Notes: generated by a model from the sequence alone, not told the origin. Counted from the stretch's first letter, positions 1 to 8,880 are shown. The stretch is DNA of 32,000 nucleotides from Cuniculiplasma divulgatum (GCF_900083515.1 NZ_LT671858.1:90001-122000); one strand, 5' to 3'. Made by a program: numbers and translations.

Positions 1-14
1 CGCGTCTGTTCGCG

Positions 15-851
15 GTGGCACGTTATGAATTTACTTGGGACATCAGAAAGTACCGTACCATAGTGATGTTATTTGTTATTTTGCTGGCAACTATCGGTTA
101 TGGTATTCTTCAGCCAATGCTTTTGCTTACTCCTGCTGAAAGATTAGCCCTGGGGAATAACTGGTGGATGAATGTGATTGGGCAGCACTTATTCACAGAA
201 GTTGTTATTGGCGTTCTTCCACTGGTTGTGGGAGGTACTCTTGCTACCGATTCAATTTCACAAGAATTTGACAAAGGGTGGATAGTGCCCCTCCTGTCTC
301 AACCAGTTTCTAAAGCTGAGATCTATATTGGCAAGGTTTTCGAAAAGGTATTTCTTTGCTGTATATTCTCTCTGGTTGTAATTACAGTAAGCCTTGTATC
401 ATCATATGTTGTTGACAGCCCTGCATCCTATCTGAACCTTGTACCATATATTTTCCTGTCAGTAGTAGTCACTTTTTTTGGATTTTCTGCAATAGCCTTG
501 CTGCTTAGTTCGGTGATCAAGAATTCAAGCGTTGTGTTTGGGTCGTTACTGGGATTGCTTGTTCTCCTTATAATAGTGTATTTCACAGTTGTTTTCTACT
601 CGAACAGTTACACTCCGTGGATGAATGCTGTGCCAATGATCAACGAAAGCATGTTCCCCTCAGTCATTGGACAGTATCTGCTGAATCCCAACGGAAACCT
701 TCCTTTTGCAGCCTCATCTTTTGGAGTCACAAAAACTGAGTCAATAAGTGCATTTAGCTTCTTTTCATCAAGCATCATATCAGTTCTTGTAGAAATTGGA
801 CTGGTTCTTTCTGCAGGTTTCTATTTCTTTAGAAGGAAGGAGGTAGTTTAA
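15..851 (+). CDS. ABC-2-type transporter permease (multi-pass membrane protein)
   Basis: The 278-aa ORF has several long hydrophobic helices. It stops 2 nt before the ATPase gene, whose GGAGG box lies in the permease 3' end. The frame is open back to base 3, so the true start could lie upstream of the window. Confidence 0.6.
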   Translation: MARYEFTWDIRKYRTIVMLFVILLATIGYGILQPMLLLTPAERLALGNNWWMNVIGQHLFTEVVIGVLPLVVGGTLATDSISQEFDKGWIVPLLSQPVSKAEIYIGKVFEKVFLCCIFSLVVITVSLVSSYVVDSPASYLNLVPYIFLSVVVTFFGFSAIALLLSSVIKNSSVVFGSLLGLLVLLIIVYFTVVFYSNSYTPWMNAVPMINESMFPSVIGQYLLNPNGNLPFAASSFGVTKTESISAFSFFSSSIISVLVEIGLVLSAGFYFFRRKEVV

Positions 852-853
852 AC

Positions 854-1786
854 ATGAACAACAACATAATTCTCCAACTAGATAGCATCAAAAAAGTGTA
901 CAGGGGAGGATATGGTATTTTTGGCATTAACATGAACATCCACAGTGGAGGAATACACGGATTTCTTGGACAAAACGGAGCTGGAAAAACAACGACGATG
1001 AAATGCATCATGGGTCTGATCTCATATGATTCCGGCTCCATGAGAATGTTCGGAGAGGAATATAAACCTGGTAACTGGAAACTTAAGGCCAGAATAGGCT
1101 TTATGCCAGAAATTCTGGCATTTCCTCCCTATCTCACAGCACTGGAAGTTATGCTTACCTATGGCAGAATAAGGGGTGTAGAAAAGAGCGCCCTAAAATC
1201 CCAGGCAGAAGTTCTACTTGAAAAGGTTGGGCTCATAGAAGTGAAGAATAGGAAAGTCGGAACCTTCAGCAAAGGAATGACTTCCAGGCTGGGGATTGCC
1301 TTCTCAATGAATGGAAATCCAGATATATTGATACTTGATGAACCTACTTCTGGTCTCGATCCCGTGAGCAAGACTGCAATTCTAAAACTTTTCAAGGAGA
1401 TAGAAAATGAAGGTAAGACCATTGTGCTATCATCTCACCAGCTACAGGATGTCGAGAATCTCTGTGGTAGTGTAACAGTAATAAACAGGGGTCTAACTGT
1501 AGCAGAAGGCCCGACAGAAATGTTGCGCAAGAAAGAAGGAGCAACTTCATACAGGGTAGAATTTTCAAAGGTGGATACTAGACTTCTAAGTAGTTTGAGG
1601 TCTCTGGAAGGAGTCGCTTCTGTTAATGAAATTGAAGGAAAGAATATGGTTAGAGTAGTTGTGGCAGGAGAAAAAGATATCAGGGAAATGCTTGCAAAAG
1701 AGGCTGTGGCACTTGGAAATGCCATGCTATCTTGTGAGGAGGAAAAAAAGACCCTGGAGGAACTCTTCTTCCAGCTAATCAATTAG
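854..1786 (+). CDS. ABC transporter ATP-binding protein
   Basis: Walker A GQNGAGKTT, signature-like FSKGMTSRLG, Walker B ILILDEPTSGLD, H-loop LSSHQL. The gene is tightly coupled to the upstream permease. Confidence 0.9.
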   Translation: MNNNIILQLDSIKKVYRGGYGIFGINMNIHSGGIHGFLGQNGAGKTTTMKCIMGLISYDSGSMRMFGEEYKPGNWKLKARIGFMPEILAFPPYLTALEVMLTYGRIRGVEKSALKSQAEVLLEKVGLIEVKNRKVGTFSKGMTSRLGIAFSMNGNPDILILDEPTSGLDPVSKTAILKLFKEIENEGKTIVLSSHQLQDVENLCGSVTVINRGLTVAEGPTEMLRKKEGATSYRVEFSKVDTRLLSSLRSLEGVASVNEIEGKNMVRVVVAGEKDIREMLAKEAVALGNAMLSCEEEKKTLEELFFQLIN

Positions 1787-2329
1787 ATTAATGAGTGTAA
1801 TAAAAGAGAGGAGGATTTAAAATTATAAACCATTCAGGCAAGTGATGAAGAGGTGTCAGGAAAAGTTGAAAGTAATGTCATTAGAAATAGGAAACTGGAC
1901 GTTTCAATCTGCCTAAATAGGTTTTTGAGACTTCTTTATTTGCACTAATATAAATGCCACTTGTTGCAGTATCTCTGATCACACTCTATAGTGACACATT
2001 CGGGACCGGTAATAATGTCTGAACTAGATCAGCAAGCTTCAAACTTTGAAAAAAAAGCCGTATACTTTTTGATTACTGTGGAGTTAGCTGTGGCATAGGG
2101 ATGAAGAATAAATCTGGAAAAAGAGTTCTAAATATACTTGAGAAATATATTTACCAAAATTATGACACTACTATTATTCGACTCGGTACTTAGAGGTTTT
2201 TAATTGTACTTTTATGATAGAACATCCTACCCGTACCTCATAATTGTAATACATGATTTATGCCTTAAAATACCACTTTAATCATGCCAATAATATCATA
2301 TAAAAGCCAGATTATTTAAATTCCTCGAT

Positions 2330-2875
2330 TCAAATTATACTATATGTGTAGCTCAAGCCAAGATCTGTATCAATAGACAGCACTTCATTAGTTTCACGGG
2401 CACTTACAAACAATAGAATGTAACTCTTTCCTGGGATGAGGTTCCACGACAAAGGCAAATTCCCTGAACCTTTTTGGTTATTTATATAACTAACTGGAGT
2501 TAAATTAGTTGTTATGGTTAAGATTCCTACTGGAACTGTTCCGTTAAACACTCCCTGAATAGCTTTGTTCCCCCATATAGACCTGTTAGATTCGTTCAAC
2601 CATCCAAACAACTGTCCAGGAGTCATGAGAAATGTTAGGTAACTGGTAGAATTAGACTTTACTATACCAGATATATGTGTGTAATTTAGCGACCGAAATG
2701 CAAACATCATACCATAATAACCAAATGTTTTATTTTCTGTAACACTCAATTTCCCCTCTTCAGGGAACGGTTTATTCACCGTTACTGGTTGAGACAGTAC
2801 CACCAGTGTTGAAGATGCAATAACTATCACCACTGCTAGAATAGATATTACCTTCAAGTGGTTTCTGCCTTTCAT
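2330..2875 (-). CDS. Hypothetical secreted or membrane-anchored protein, probably a glycoprotein
   Basis: The 181-aa ORF has an N-terminal hydrophobic anchor (VISILAVVIVIASSTLVVL) and seven N-x-S/T sequons (NKT, NYT, NST, NES, NRS, NGT, NLT). I recognised no family. Confidence 0.5.
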   Translation of the reverse strand: MKGRNHLKVISILAVVIVIASSTLVVLSQPVTVNKPFPEEGKLSVTENKTFGYYGMMFAFRSLNYTHISGIVKSNSTSYLTFLMTPGQLFGWLNESNRSIWGNKAIQGVFNGTVPVGILTITTNLTPVSYINNQKGSGNLPLSWNLIPGKSYILLFVSARETNEVLSIDTDLGLSYTYSII

Positions 2876-3233
2876 AAACGTAGATACCGATTATTAAAAT
2901 ATAAGGTTTTTTATTCTGGTTGTGCCATAAAGAAATATGTAAAACAAAAATTCAAATTCGCTTAGTCACTATAAAATACAAAGTCTACACTATCATAGAT
3001 TAAATCTTTTGGATATTCATATAACCAGAATAGTTTTCAATGTGGTGAAGAGGGTATTGACCAGAAAATTATATGGCAAAACCCTAGTGTTCACTTATAT
3101 TATCAATTATCATAAAAATTCTCCATGCGCTCATAAAGGAAAGAATTTCCAACTAAGTTAAGTTTGATATGAATAATTCTGTTGAAATTTAGACTAAAAA
3201 TCAAAGCACGCTGTTCAGTAAATTATGTCATGA

Positions 3234-3803
3234 TCACATTTGAATTTCTGGCTCATAGTGCAGGGCCACCACTCCATTCGAAAACTTACTGGTAGAAATA
3301 AGTTTGAGTTTGTGCCTTTTATTTTTGTCGTTGAAAAGCGTCTTCCCTGAACCCAGAATTATGGGTCTAATACGAATGCGGTATTCATCTATCATCTCCT
3401 TTGCAACAAGAGAAGACACAAGAGTCCCACTCCCAACGATCACCATATCCTTGCCCTTCTCCTTTTTGAATCTGGATACTGCCTCAACAGGATTCTCACG
3501 TATTAAAACTGCAGGACCCCATGGAACATCTTTGATGCTGCTTGAAAACACCACCTTCTTAAGGTCATTCAACTTTCCTATGATTTCTGCGTCAAAACCT
3601 TCTGGAGTCGGAGAAGCATTTGGCCAGAACTCGCTGAACTCCTGATATGTTACACGGCCATAAAGCATTGTATCTACCCTTCTGAGAATCTCCTTAGACC
3701 ATTCAATTTCCTCCTTGCTGAAACCAAACCAGTCAATTTCATTATTCAGACTTGTATAATAACCGTCCAGAGAAATTATTGTATCAAGGATAACCTTTCT
3801 CAT
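3234..3803 (-). CDS. Dihydrofolate reductase-family protein (RibD C-terminal domain type)
   Basis: The 189-aa ORF begins MRKVILDTIISLDGYY...IDWF and contains VIVGSGTL. Both are typical of RibD_C/YwjB-like reductases as I remember them. Confidence 0.75.
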   Translation of the reverse strand: MRKVILDTIISLDGYYTSLNNEIDWFGFSKEEIEWSKEILRRVDTMLYGRVTYQEFSEFWPNASPTPEGFDAEIIGKLNDLKKVVFSSSIKDVPWGPAVLIRENPVEAVSRFKKEKGKDMVIVGSGTLVSSLVAKEMIDEYRIRIRPIILGSGKTLFNDKNKRHKLKLISTSKFSNGVVALHYEPEIQM

Positions 3804-4570
3804 ACTGTTACAGCCAATGTGGATATATAAAACATTCTGGCGTTATATTTTCTTTATTAGAAGGAAGTTCAACTAATACGGCGATAAACAGGTTAAGCCA
3901 TTTTTATAAAGTATCGGTTTTAAATCAATGTCTATAGATAAAAACGGACCTAAATCGGTTGCTTTCATTCGTTCCATTTCACATTATCTCTCTTCACTCT
4001 GAATTTGTTGTAAAAACTATTTCAGTTGAATGCAGGTTAAACCTGAAAATTATAAGGCATTTCAATCAAAGCAGTTTGCGCAAATTCTAACAGTAAATGA
4101 CAACATCCGATCGAATAATCACTTAAACTTTTAGAAAGTTGATGTAGAGCTTAAAAAATTCAAAAAAAGGGGTATACACAGATATACATAATCAATTTGA
4201 ATTTTGAAAAGAGCTAACTTTTTGTTATCCACTTAAGAGAAAATCATTTAGTTAGATTGAATAGGAGTAGGTGAGGAGGCACAATAATATTTATAACAGG
4301 TTTATGCACATAAATGGTCAAATGCTACACTCAAATAACAAGGATACTTTGAATCTATAAATAGAGAATTTAAAGGAAATCAAGGAAATCATAGGAGAGG
4401 AGTATCCTCAAAACTCAGTATAAAAGAAAATAAATCCCTTATCTTTTCTTAGAGTTCTTATCACTGATAATTCAATAAGGTATCACTAAATACAGATACG
4501 ATATGAAAGAGAACCTTGAAATAACTTCTCAGTTTTACCTGATAAACTTAGGGTCTCGCACGAAGCAAAA

Positions 4571-4699
4571 ATGGAATGGTCATATCCAATAGCCATTGGG
4601 GAAAGGGAATTACTATTAGATCTGGTTATTGAGTCCAAAGAAACTGTGACCATTGTTGAAATCAAGTCAAGAATAAATGGGTACTCTAAAGTTATCTAA
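4571..4699 (+). pseudogene. Possible C-terminal remnant of a PD-(D/E)xK-fold nuclease domain
   Basis: The 42-codon ORF MEWSYPIAIGERELLLDLVIESKETVTIVEIKS... has a D...E-x-K-like spacing. It resembles the tail of archaeal ATPase/DUF234-type proteins. It is too short to be a whole gene and lies just upstream of repeat copy 1. Confidence 0.25.
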
Positions 4700-4731
4700 T
4701 AAAAAGGTCGCCTCCATTTAGTTGGTGGTGA

Positions 4732-4771
4732 AGTATTCACTTAAAACTTTAATTAAATCCCCGCCGGTCCA
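4732..4771 (+). repeat. 40-bp cassette-boundary repeat, copy 1
   Basis: AGTATTCACTTAAAACTTTAATTAAATCCCCGCCGGTCCA. 37/40 identical to copy 4 by hand alignment, with no indels. Confidence 0.9.
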
Positions 4772-4940
4772 CTCTGAATTTTCCTAATTCCTTAATCAAA
4801 AATAACGATGAATTCTTGCGTCAAATTTTCAGGAGGAATTTCTTGCATTCTAATTGCTGTTACACTGAGCCTACATTCAATGCTCGAAGTGACGGCTTGC
4901 AGGTAAATAATCATATACCAAAATACCATTTTTTATTAAC

Positions 4941-5201
4941 ATGAACGTGAAAACGAGTATATCTATAGATAAAAAGATTTGGATGGAACTCAAGAATCTT
5001 GCCTTAGAACGGGGTAAAGACGTAAGCTCCATACTAAAAGATGCTATAGAAAATGAACTGAATTCAAATCTTGACAAATCTTTAATGAAATATTCAATTC
5101 AGGGCACATTTGATTTAGATTTTGAACCCATTAAACCCAAAAGCAAAATATCTGATCTTATAAGGAGCATGAGGGATGACAGAGAAAGTCATATATCTTG
5201 A
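4941..5201 (+). CDS. vapB: Ribbon-helix-helix (CopG-like) VapB antitoxin
   Basis: The N-terminus KTSISIDKKIWMELKNLALERGKDVSSILKDAIE is RHH-like. It overlaps the downstream PIN frame by 26 nt. It is a paralogue of 8067-8351, sharing the C-terminal MR(D/N)(D/E)R.S..S tail. Confidence 0.75.
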   Translation: MNVKTSISIDKKIWMELKNLALERGKDVSSILKDAIENELNSNLDKSLMKYSIQGTFDLDFEPIKPKSKISDLIRSMRDDRESHIS

Positions 5202-5628
5202 CAGTAGTGCCATAATAAAAAGATATGTGTATGAAAACGGATCGTAAATTATTCGTGCACAATATCATGAAGCATATTTTGGAAATGTTCTGCTTTCATT
5301 TAATATATGGAATATTGGGGAAGTAATTGGGATATTTGACAAGGCACATAGACAAAAGAGAATAACAAAAGAACAGCTAAATGTGGTTATGGGCAGATTC
5401 TCAGATGAGACTACAAGGCTTAGAAAGATAGGCATGGTTAGGATAATCCCACTATCAGAAAGGATAATAGAGGGTAGCTGGGATTTTGTAATTAAGTATC
5501 ATATCTATGCTGCTGCTCTACAGATCACAAGTGCCCTTGAAGTTAAATGTAACGAGTTTTATACTGGAGATGAAAGACTTCACAAGGTTACTCTTTCATC
5601 CGGTCTGAAGTCCGTTTATCTGGTATGA
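5176..5628 (+). pseudogene. vapC: PIN-domain VapC toxin interrupted by an in-frame TAA
   Basis: MTEKVIYLDSSAIIKRYVYENGS is followed by TAA at 5245-5247. The same frame then continues IIRAQYHEAYFGN...NIGEV...IYAAALQI...TGDERLH to 5628. It is collinear with the intact paralogue at 8326-8766. The third acidic PIN residue (IVDAIQL in the paralogue) is Ala here. Confidence 0.75.
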
Positions 5629-5683
5629 TAGTTAATGCTTTAATAAACAACAAAACAGCAACTGAAATTAAGTGTTTTAAATT

Positions 5684-5723
5684 AGTGTCCACTTAAAACT
5701 TAAATCAAATATCGACCGGTCCA
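5684..5723 (+). repeat. 40-bp cassette-boundary repeat, copy 2
   Basis: AGTGTCCACTTAAAACTTAAATCAAATATCGACCGGTCCA. 35/40 identical to copy 4. Confidence 0.9.
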
Positions 5724-5909
5724 ATTTAGCGTCAATAAAATTTTTACATTTGGATGAATATCGTAGAATGAGAAAAATTTTCTACAATGTGAGGCATCTT
5801 AACCTTGATAGGATTATCAGAGGGATCTAATCATATACGTTGTTTCGTTTATTTTTTTTAAATTACAAGCAGAATTGATATTATAATAATGATCTATTAT
5901 CTATAAAGG

Positions 5910-6470
5910 ATGAAAAACAGCATGAATAATGGCTTTGATCCATCGGAGAGACAGAAAATCCTAAGAATAGCTATATTCTATGGTATATCCCTTCTTCTGT
6001 CGCTTCTGATCATAGTCATATCCGTGACGTTTTTTGTAATGATTATTTACCTTGAGGGAAAAGTCTCCAGCGAATTCCTATACATTTTTGTCTCAGTTGT
6101 AATAGTCAACTTTGCAATATCGGCGCTATCAATAAGGGGTCTGATGGGCCTTTATGGTTCGTTTCAATCAGAACATACGGACCGCAGAACCATCGTTTTT
6201 TCAATAAACAATAAAAGTCATGCAAGTGCTGAAAGGCCCTCTGCACCAAAGTTAAATCCAGAGTATTTCACAGATTTAGAGCTGGAGATTATAGACATGC
6301 TCAAGAACCATGGAAATAGAATCCTTCAGAGTGATATCGCAAAGACGATCAATGCCTCAAAGGCGTCCATTTCCAGGGTCATTACTTCTCTGGAAAGCAA
6401 GGGAGTCGTCGTCAGGATGAGAAAGGGCGTCACGAATGAAATAATCCTAGTTGAAACCAATTTCAAATAG
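5910..6470 (+). CDS. Membrane-anchored winged-helix (MarR/TrmB-like) DNA-binding protein
   Basis: Two N-terminal TM helices are followed by a C-terminal wHTH, LEIIDMLKNHGNRILQSDIAKTINASKASISRVITSLESKGVVVR. This layout matches COG2512-type archaeal proteins. Confidence 0.65.
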   Translation: MKNSMNNGFDPSERQKILRIAIFYGISLLLSLLIIVISVTFFVMIIYLEGKVSSEFLYIFVSVVIVNFAISALSIRGLMGLYGSFQSEHTDRRTIVFSINNKSHASAERPSAPKLNPEYFTDLELEIIDMLKNHGNRILQSDIAKTINASKASISRVITSLESKGVVVRMRKGVTNEIILVETNFK

Positions 6471-6526
6471 TTTCATGAAACCTGTTTCAGACAACAGTTA
6501 AGTGTTCTTTCAGGATACATTGCATT

Positions 6527-6886
6527 ATGGAAAAGAGAATTGAAAATCTGATATGGGTCCTTATAGGGCTCGTTGCAGTGGTTGCAGCAGTGGCGATCAT
6601 CACTTCCATCTTGTTCGGAGGCCGGTACTACAATGGAGGATACGGACCATATGGAATGATGGGTGGCTTCTATGGTATGGGCATAATAATGCCAATAATT
6701 GGGATAATATCAGTGATACTGGTTCTGATATTTGTATATTTCATACTTGACGCCATTAGAGGTCCAGTCAATTATGTCCATACAGAGAGCATATCCAGAG
6801 CTGAGGAAATCGCCAAAGAGAGGCTTGCAAAGGGAGAGATATCTGAGGAGGAGTACAGGAAGATCATCGAAACGATAATGAGATGA
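6527..6886 (+). CDS. SHOCT-domain membrane protein
   Basis: Two TM helices flank a Gly/Tyr/Met-rich loop. The C-terminal AKERLAKGEISEEEYRKIIETI is the SHOCT (DUF2078) signature. Confidence 0.7.
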   Translation: MEKRIENLIWVLIGLVAVVAAVAIITSILFGGRYYNGGYGPYGMMGGFYGMGIIMPIIGIISVILVLIFVYFILDAIRGPVNYVHTESISRAEEIAKERLAKGEISEEEYRKIIETIMR

Positions 6887-7227
6887 TAATAAAAATGAGC
6901 GCGCATAAAACTTTTGCAATAGTGGCCATATTTTTTTTCGCCGACCAGCAGGTTCACTCTGGCCTCCTTCTCCTTTCTTTCATGCAGCTTCTTTTTCGCA
7001 AAATCATATATTCTTTCTAATGAAAAGCCCACAATATATGGATAAACTTCCTTAATAATTGTAAGTACTTCGCTATAAAAAGCTTGATCTAAAGGGGTTT
7101 ATTTACGGAATATTTATAATCATAATCCTGAAAATATCTCCCAATAAATTGGTTTGTTAAACTATCAAATGAGGGCTGTTCGGGCATTATTGAAGATGGT
7201 CTTTCATAATATATACTTGTTTAAATC

Positions 7228-7267
7228 AGTATTCACTTAAAACTTCAACCAAGTCCCTACCTTTCCA
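7228..7267 (+). repeat. 40-bp cassette-boundary repeat, copy 3 (3' part degenerate)
   Basis: AGTATTCACTTAAAACTTCAACCAAGTCCCTACCTTTCCA. 34/40 identical to copy 4. The CCGG core is lost. Confidence 0.8.
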
Positions 7268-7493
7268 TATTTAAATTTGGTCCCGATGATTAAATATATC
7301 AAGTATTAGCAGACACATACCAAATCAGATAAATAGGTTCTTTGACCATGAGGAAGATAGTATTGTTGTCTGTACTTACCAACTTAGGGTTGCGTCCACC
7401 CGAAGTTTCTAGTGTACCCGGATGTGCGAAGGCTCCATGAAGCGCTGAGGGAAGCTGGGTTCTACAGATTCTTCATTTAAAAGGAGGGAATAG

Positions 7494-7804
7494 ATGATGG
7501 AGCAACAATCCCGGACTAATACCCTGATAAAATTTCATCTGGAAGAATACGAAATGAGTATGAAACACTAAAATATTCCAAGAAAATTAAAGAACTAATC
7601 ATAGGAATATTAGAGAGTGGAAACACTCTTCTTGTCATTGGTGGTGAGGATCTTGCTAAATTGGTGAACTTCTTGGCACCGGGCACTATTGGTGCTGATG
7701 TCACTATCTTTAATCCGGATCCCGACCCGGATGGAAAATATGCTATTTATGTAGTCAAAATTATTTCTGAAGGATTGAGGTACCTCGGCGTGATGCACGT
7801 GTGA
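7494..7804 (+). pseudogene. Frameshifted hypothetical gene (about 99 aa if repaired)
   Basis: A GGAGGG box precedes ATGATG at 7494. Frame 0 stops at 7569-7571, while the +2 frame is open 7520-7804 (…KIKELIIGILESGNTLLVIGGEDLAKLVNFLAPGTIGADV…). Removing the 11-nt unit 7556-7566 fuses both parts into one ORF. Confidence 0.35.
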
Positions 7805-8066
7805 TTTGTTCTGAATGTGCGCAAAGGGAGCACTGATATCCCTAAAGAGGCAACGTTCAGGACTGGAGCGGCCTCAATACTCGGTAATGGGTCCAGCAAA
7901 ACAGACTGGACCGTGAGGGACGAAGACGAAACCGAAGCAAAAGTGCGAACCTCACAATCTTCAGCTGTGAGAGTATGTCAGACCTGTTTATTGCTGTTGA
8001 ATATGTTCTCGGCTAAGAACCAAATGAGTGGAAATACTTAATACGGTTTACCATATATACGGTTAG

Positions 8067-8351
8067 ATGGTTAAAACCAAGATAACTGTATCGGTAGAAA
8101 AACCAGTGGTGGAAAACGCAAAGTTGGCACTATTGAAAAAGGGAAGGACCCTCAGCGACTACATAGAAAAATCACTTCGTTCCCTTTCCACAGCTGAGTT
8201 TCTAAGCGATCTGTGCAAGGAGCTTAATCTCGATTGCGGATACATGAGCGGGGAAGATGTAGAGAAGAACAGGCCTGATCTCACTGGTAGAGTGGAATCG
8301 GAAAAAGAAGTAAGGGAAATGCGAAATGAACGTATCTCACGTCTATCTTGA
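8067..8351 (+). CDS. vapB: Ribbon-helix-helix VapB antitoxin
   Basis: KTKITVSVEKPVVENAKLALLKKGRTLSDYIEKSL is RHH-like. It overlaps the downstream PIN gene by 26 nt. Confidence 0.75.
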   Translation: MVKTKITVSVEKPVVENAKLALLKKGRTLSDYIEKSLRSLSTAEFLSDLCKELNLDCGYMSGEDVEKNRPDLTGRVESEKEVREMRNERISRLS

Positions 8352-8766
8352 TACCAGTATACTAATCAAGAGGTACGTTAAGGAGGAAAACAGTGCCCTA
8401 GCTGACAGCTACTTCCATCAAGCCCATCGAGGGGAGACAGTTATTTGCCTGTCTGAGATCAACCTTGGCGAGGCAGCTGTTGTTTTTGATAAATACTCCA
8501 GGAAAACGGGTATTGACGCTAGAAAACGTCTCCAGGCAATGCTAAGTGAGTTGGCCATACTTGAAAGATCCTCCTCGGTTGAAATATATCCTGTTAGTAG
8601 CCAGATAATAAGGAAAGCTGTCGAGACAGTTCTTGAACAACGCATATACATTGTAGATGCAATTCAACTAGAAACCTGTATTGAATCGGGGACGACTGTG
8701 TTCTGCTCGGCTGACAGGGGACTTAATGCAGCAGCCAGGAAGCTTGGTATAGAAACAGCCCTGTGA
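8326..8766 (+). CDS. vapC: PIN-domain VapC toxin (intact)
   Basis: All four acidic PIN positions are present: YLDTS, NLGEAA, IVDAIQL, SADRGL. Length is 146 aa. Confidence 0.85.
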   Translation: MNVSHVYLDTSILIKRYVKEENSALADSYFHQAHRGETVICLSEINLGEAAVVFDKYSRKTGIDARKRLQAMLSELAILERSSSVEIYPVSSQIIRKAVETVLEQRIYIVDAIQLETCIESGTTVFCSADRGLNAAARKLGIETAL

Positions 8767-8880
8767 GTGCCGTAATATACTTTTTCTCTTCTATTTACTA
8801 AGCTTCCAATCAGGCATAAGTATCAATCCCAGGTATAATGCGAGAACAGCAACTCCCTTCTTGTCCCAAGAACCTTCAAC

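Noticed and set aside
1159-1782. Minus-strand ORFs of 87 and 115 aa inside the ABC ATPase gene. The same applies to 829-1041, 3304-3645, 8418-8651, 9356-9649, 14057-14248, 15537-16160 and 17260-18068.
   Set aside because: They are antisense shadows of well-supported genes and have no motifs of their own.
1996-2012. GGGACCGGT resembling the reverse complement of the repeat core
   Set aside because: Only about 8 nt match. The flanking sequence shows no similarity to the rest of the element.
5245-5247. In-frame TAA (and TGA at 18963-18965) as stop-codon recoding, Sec/Pyl, or an alternative genetic code
   Set aside because: All long housekeeping ORFs in the window are free of internal stops. 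Both affected genes have also lost a catalytic Asp. Ordinary pseudogenisation fits better.
6553-7032. ORFs 6553-6750 (+), 6710-6919 (-) and 6772-7032 (-) as genes
   Set aside because: The first is an alternate frame of the SHOCT gene. The other two run antisense into it. Only the part upstream of 6890 looks like a gene remnant (reported separately).
7817-8041. 74-aa plus-strand ORF (and minus-strand ORFs 7516-7798) as real genes
   Set aside because: I saw no protein-like motifs. The composition is atypical, and the ORFs overlap hairpins and the frameshifted gene. I treat the region as unassigned (see the finding) rather than coding.
8042-8064. Direct repeat TACGGTT-N9-TACGGTT just upstream of vapB 8067 as an operator
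   Set aside because: The 7-nt repeats are too short to distinguish from chance. I did not see the motif upstream of the paralogous vapB at 4941.
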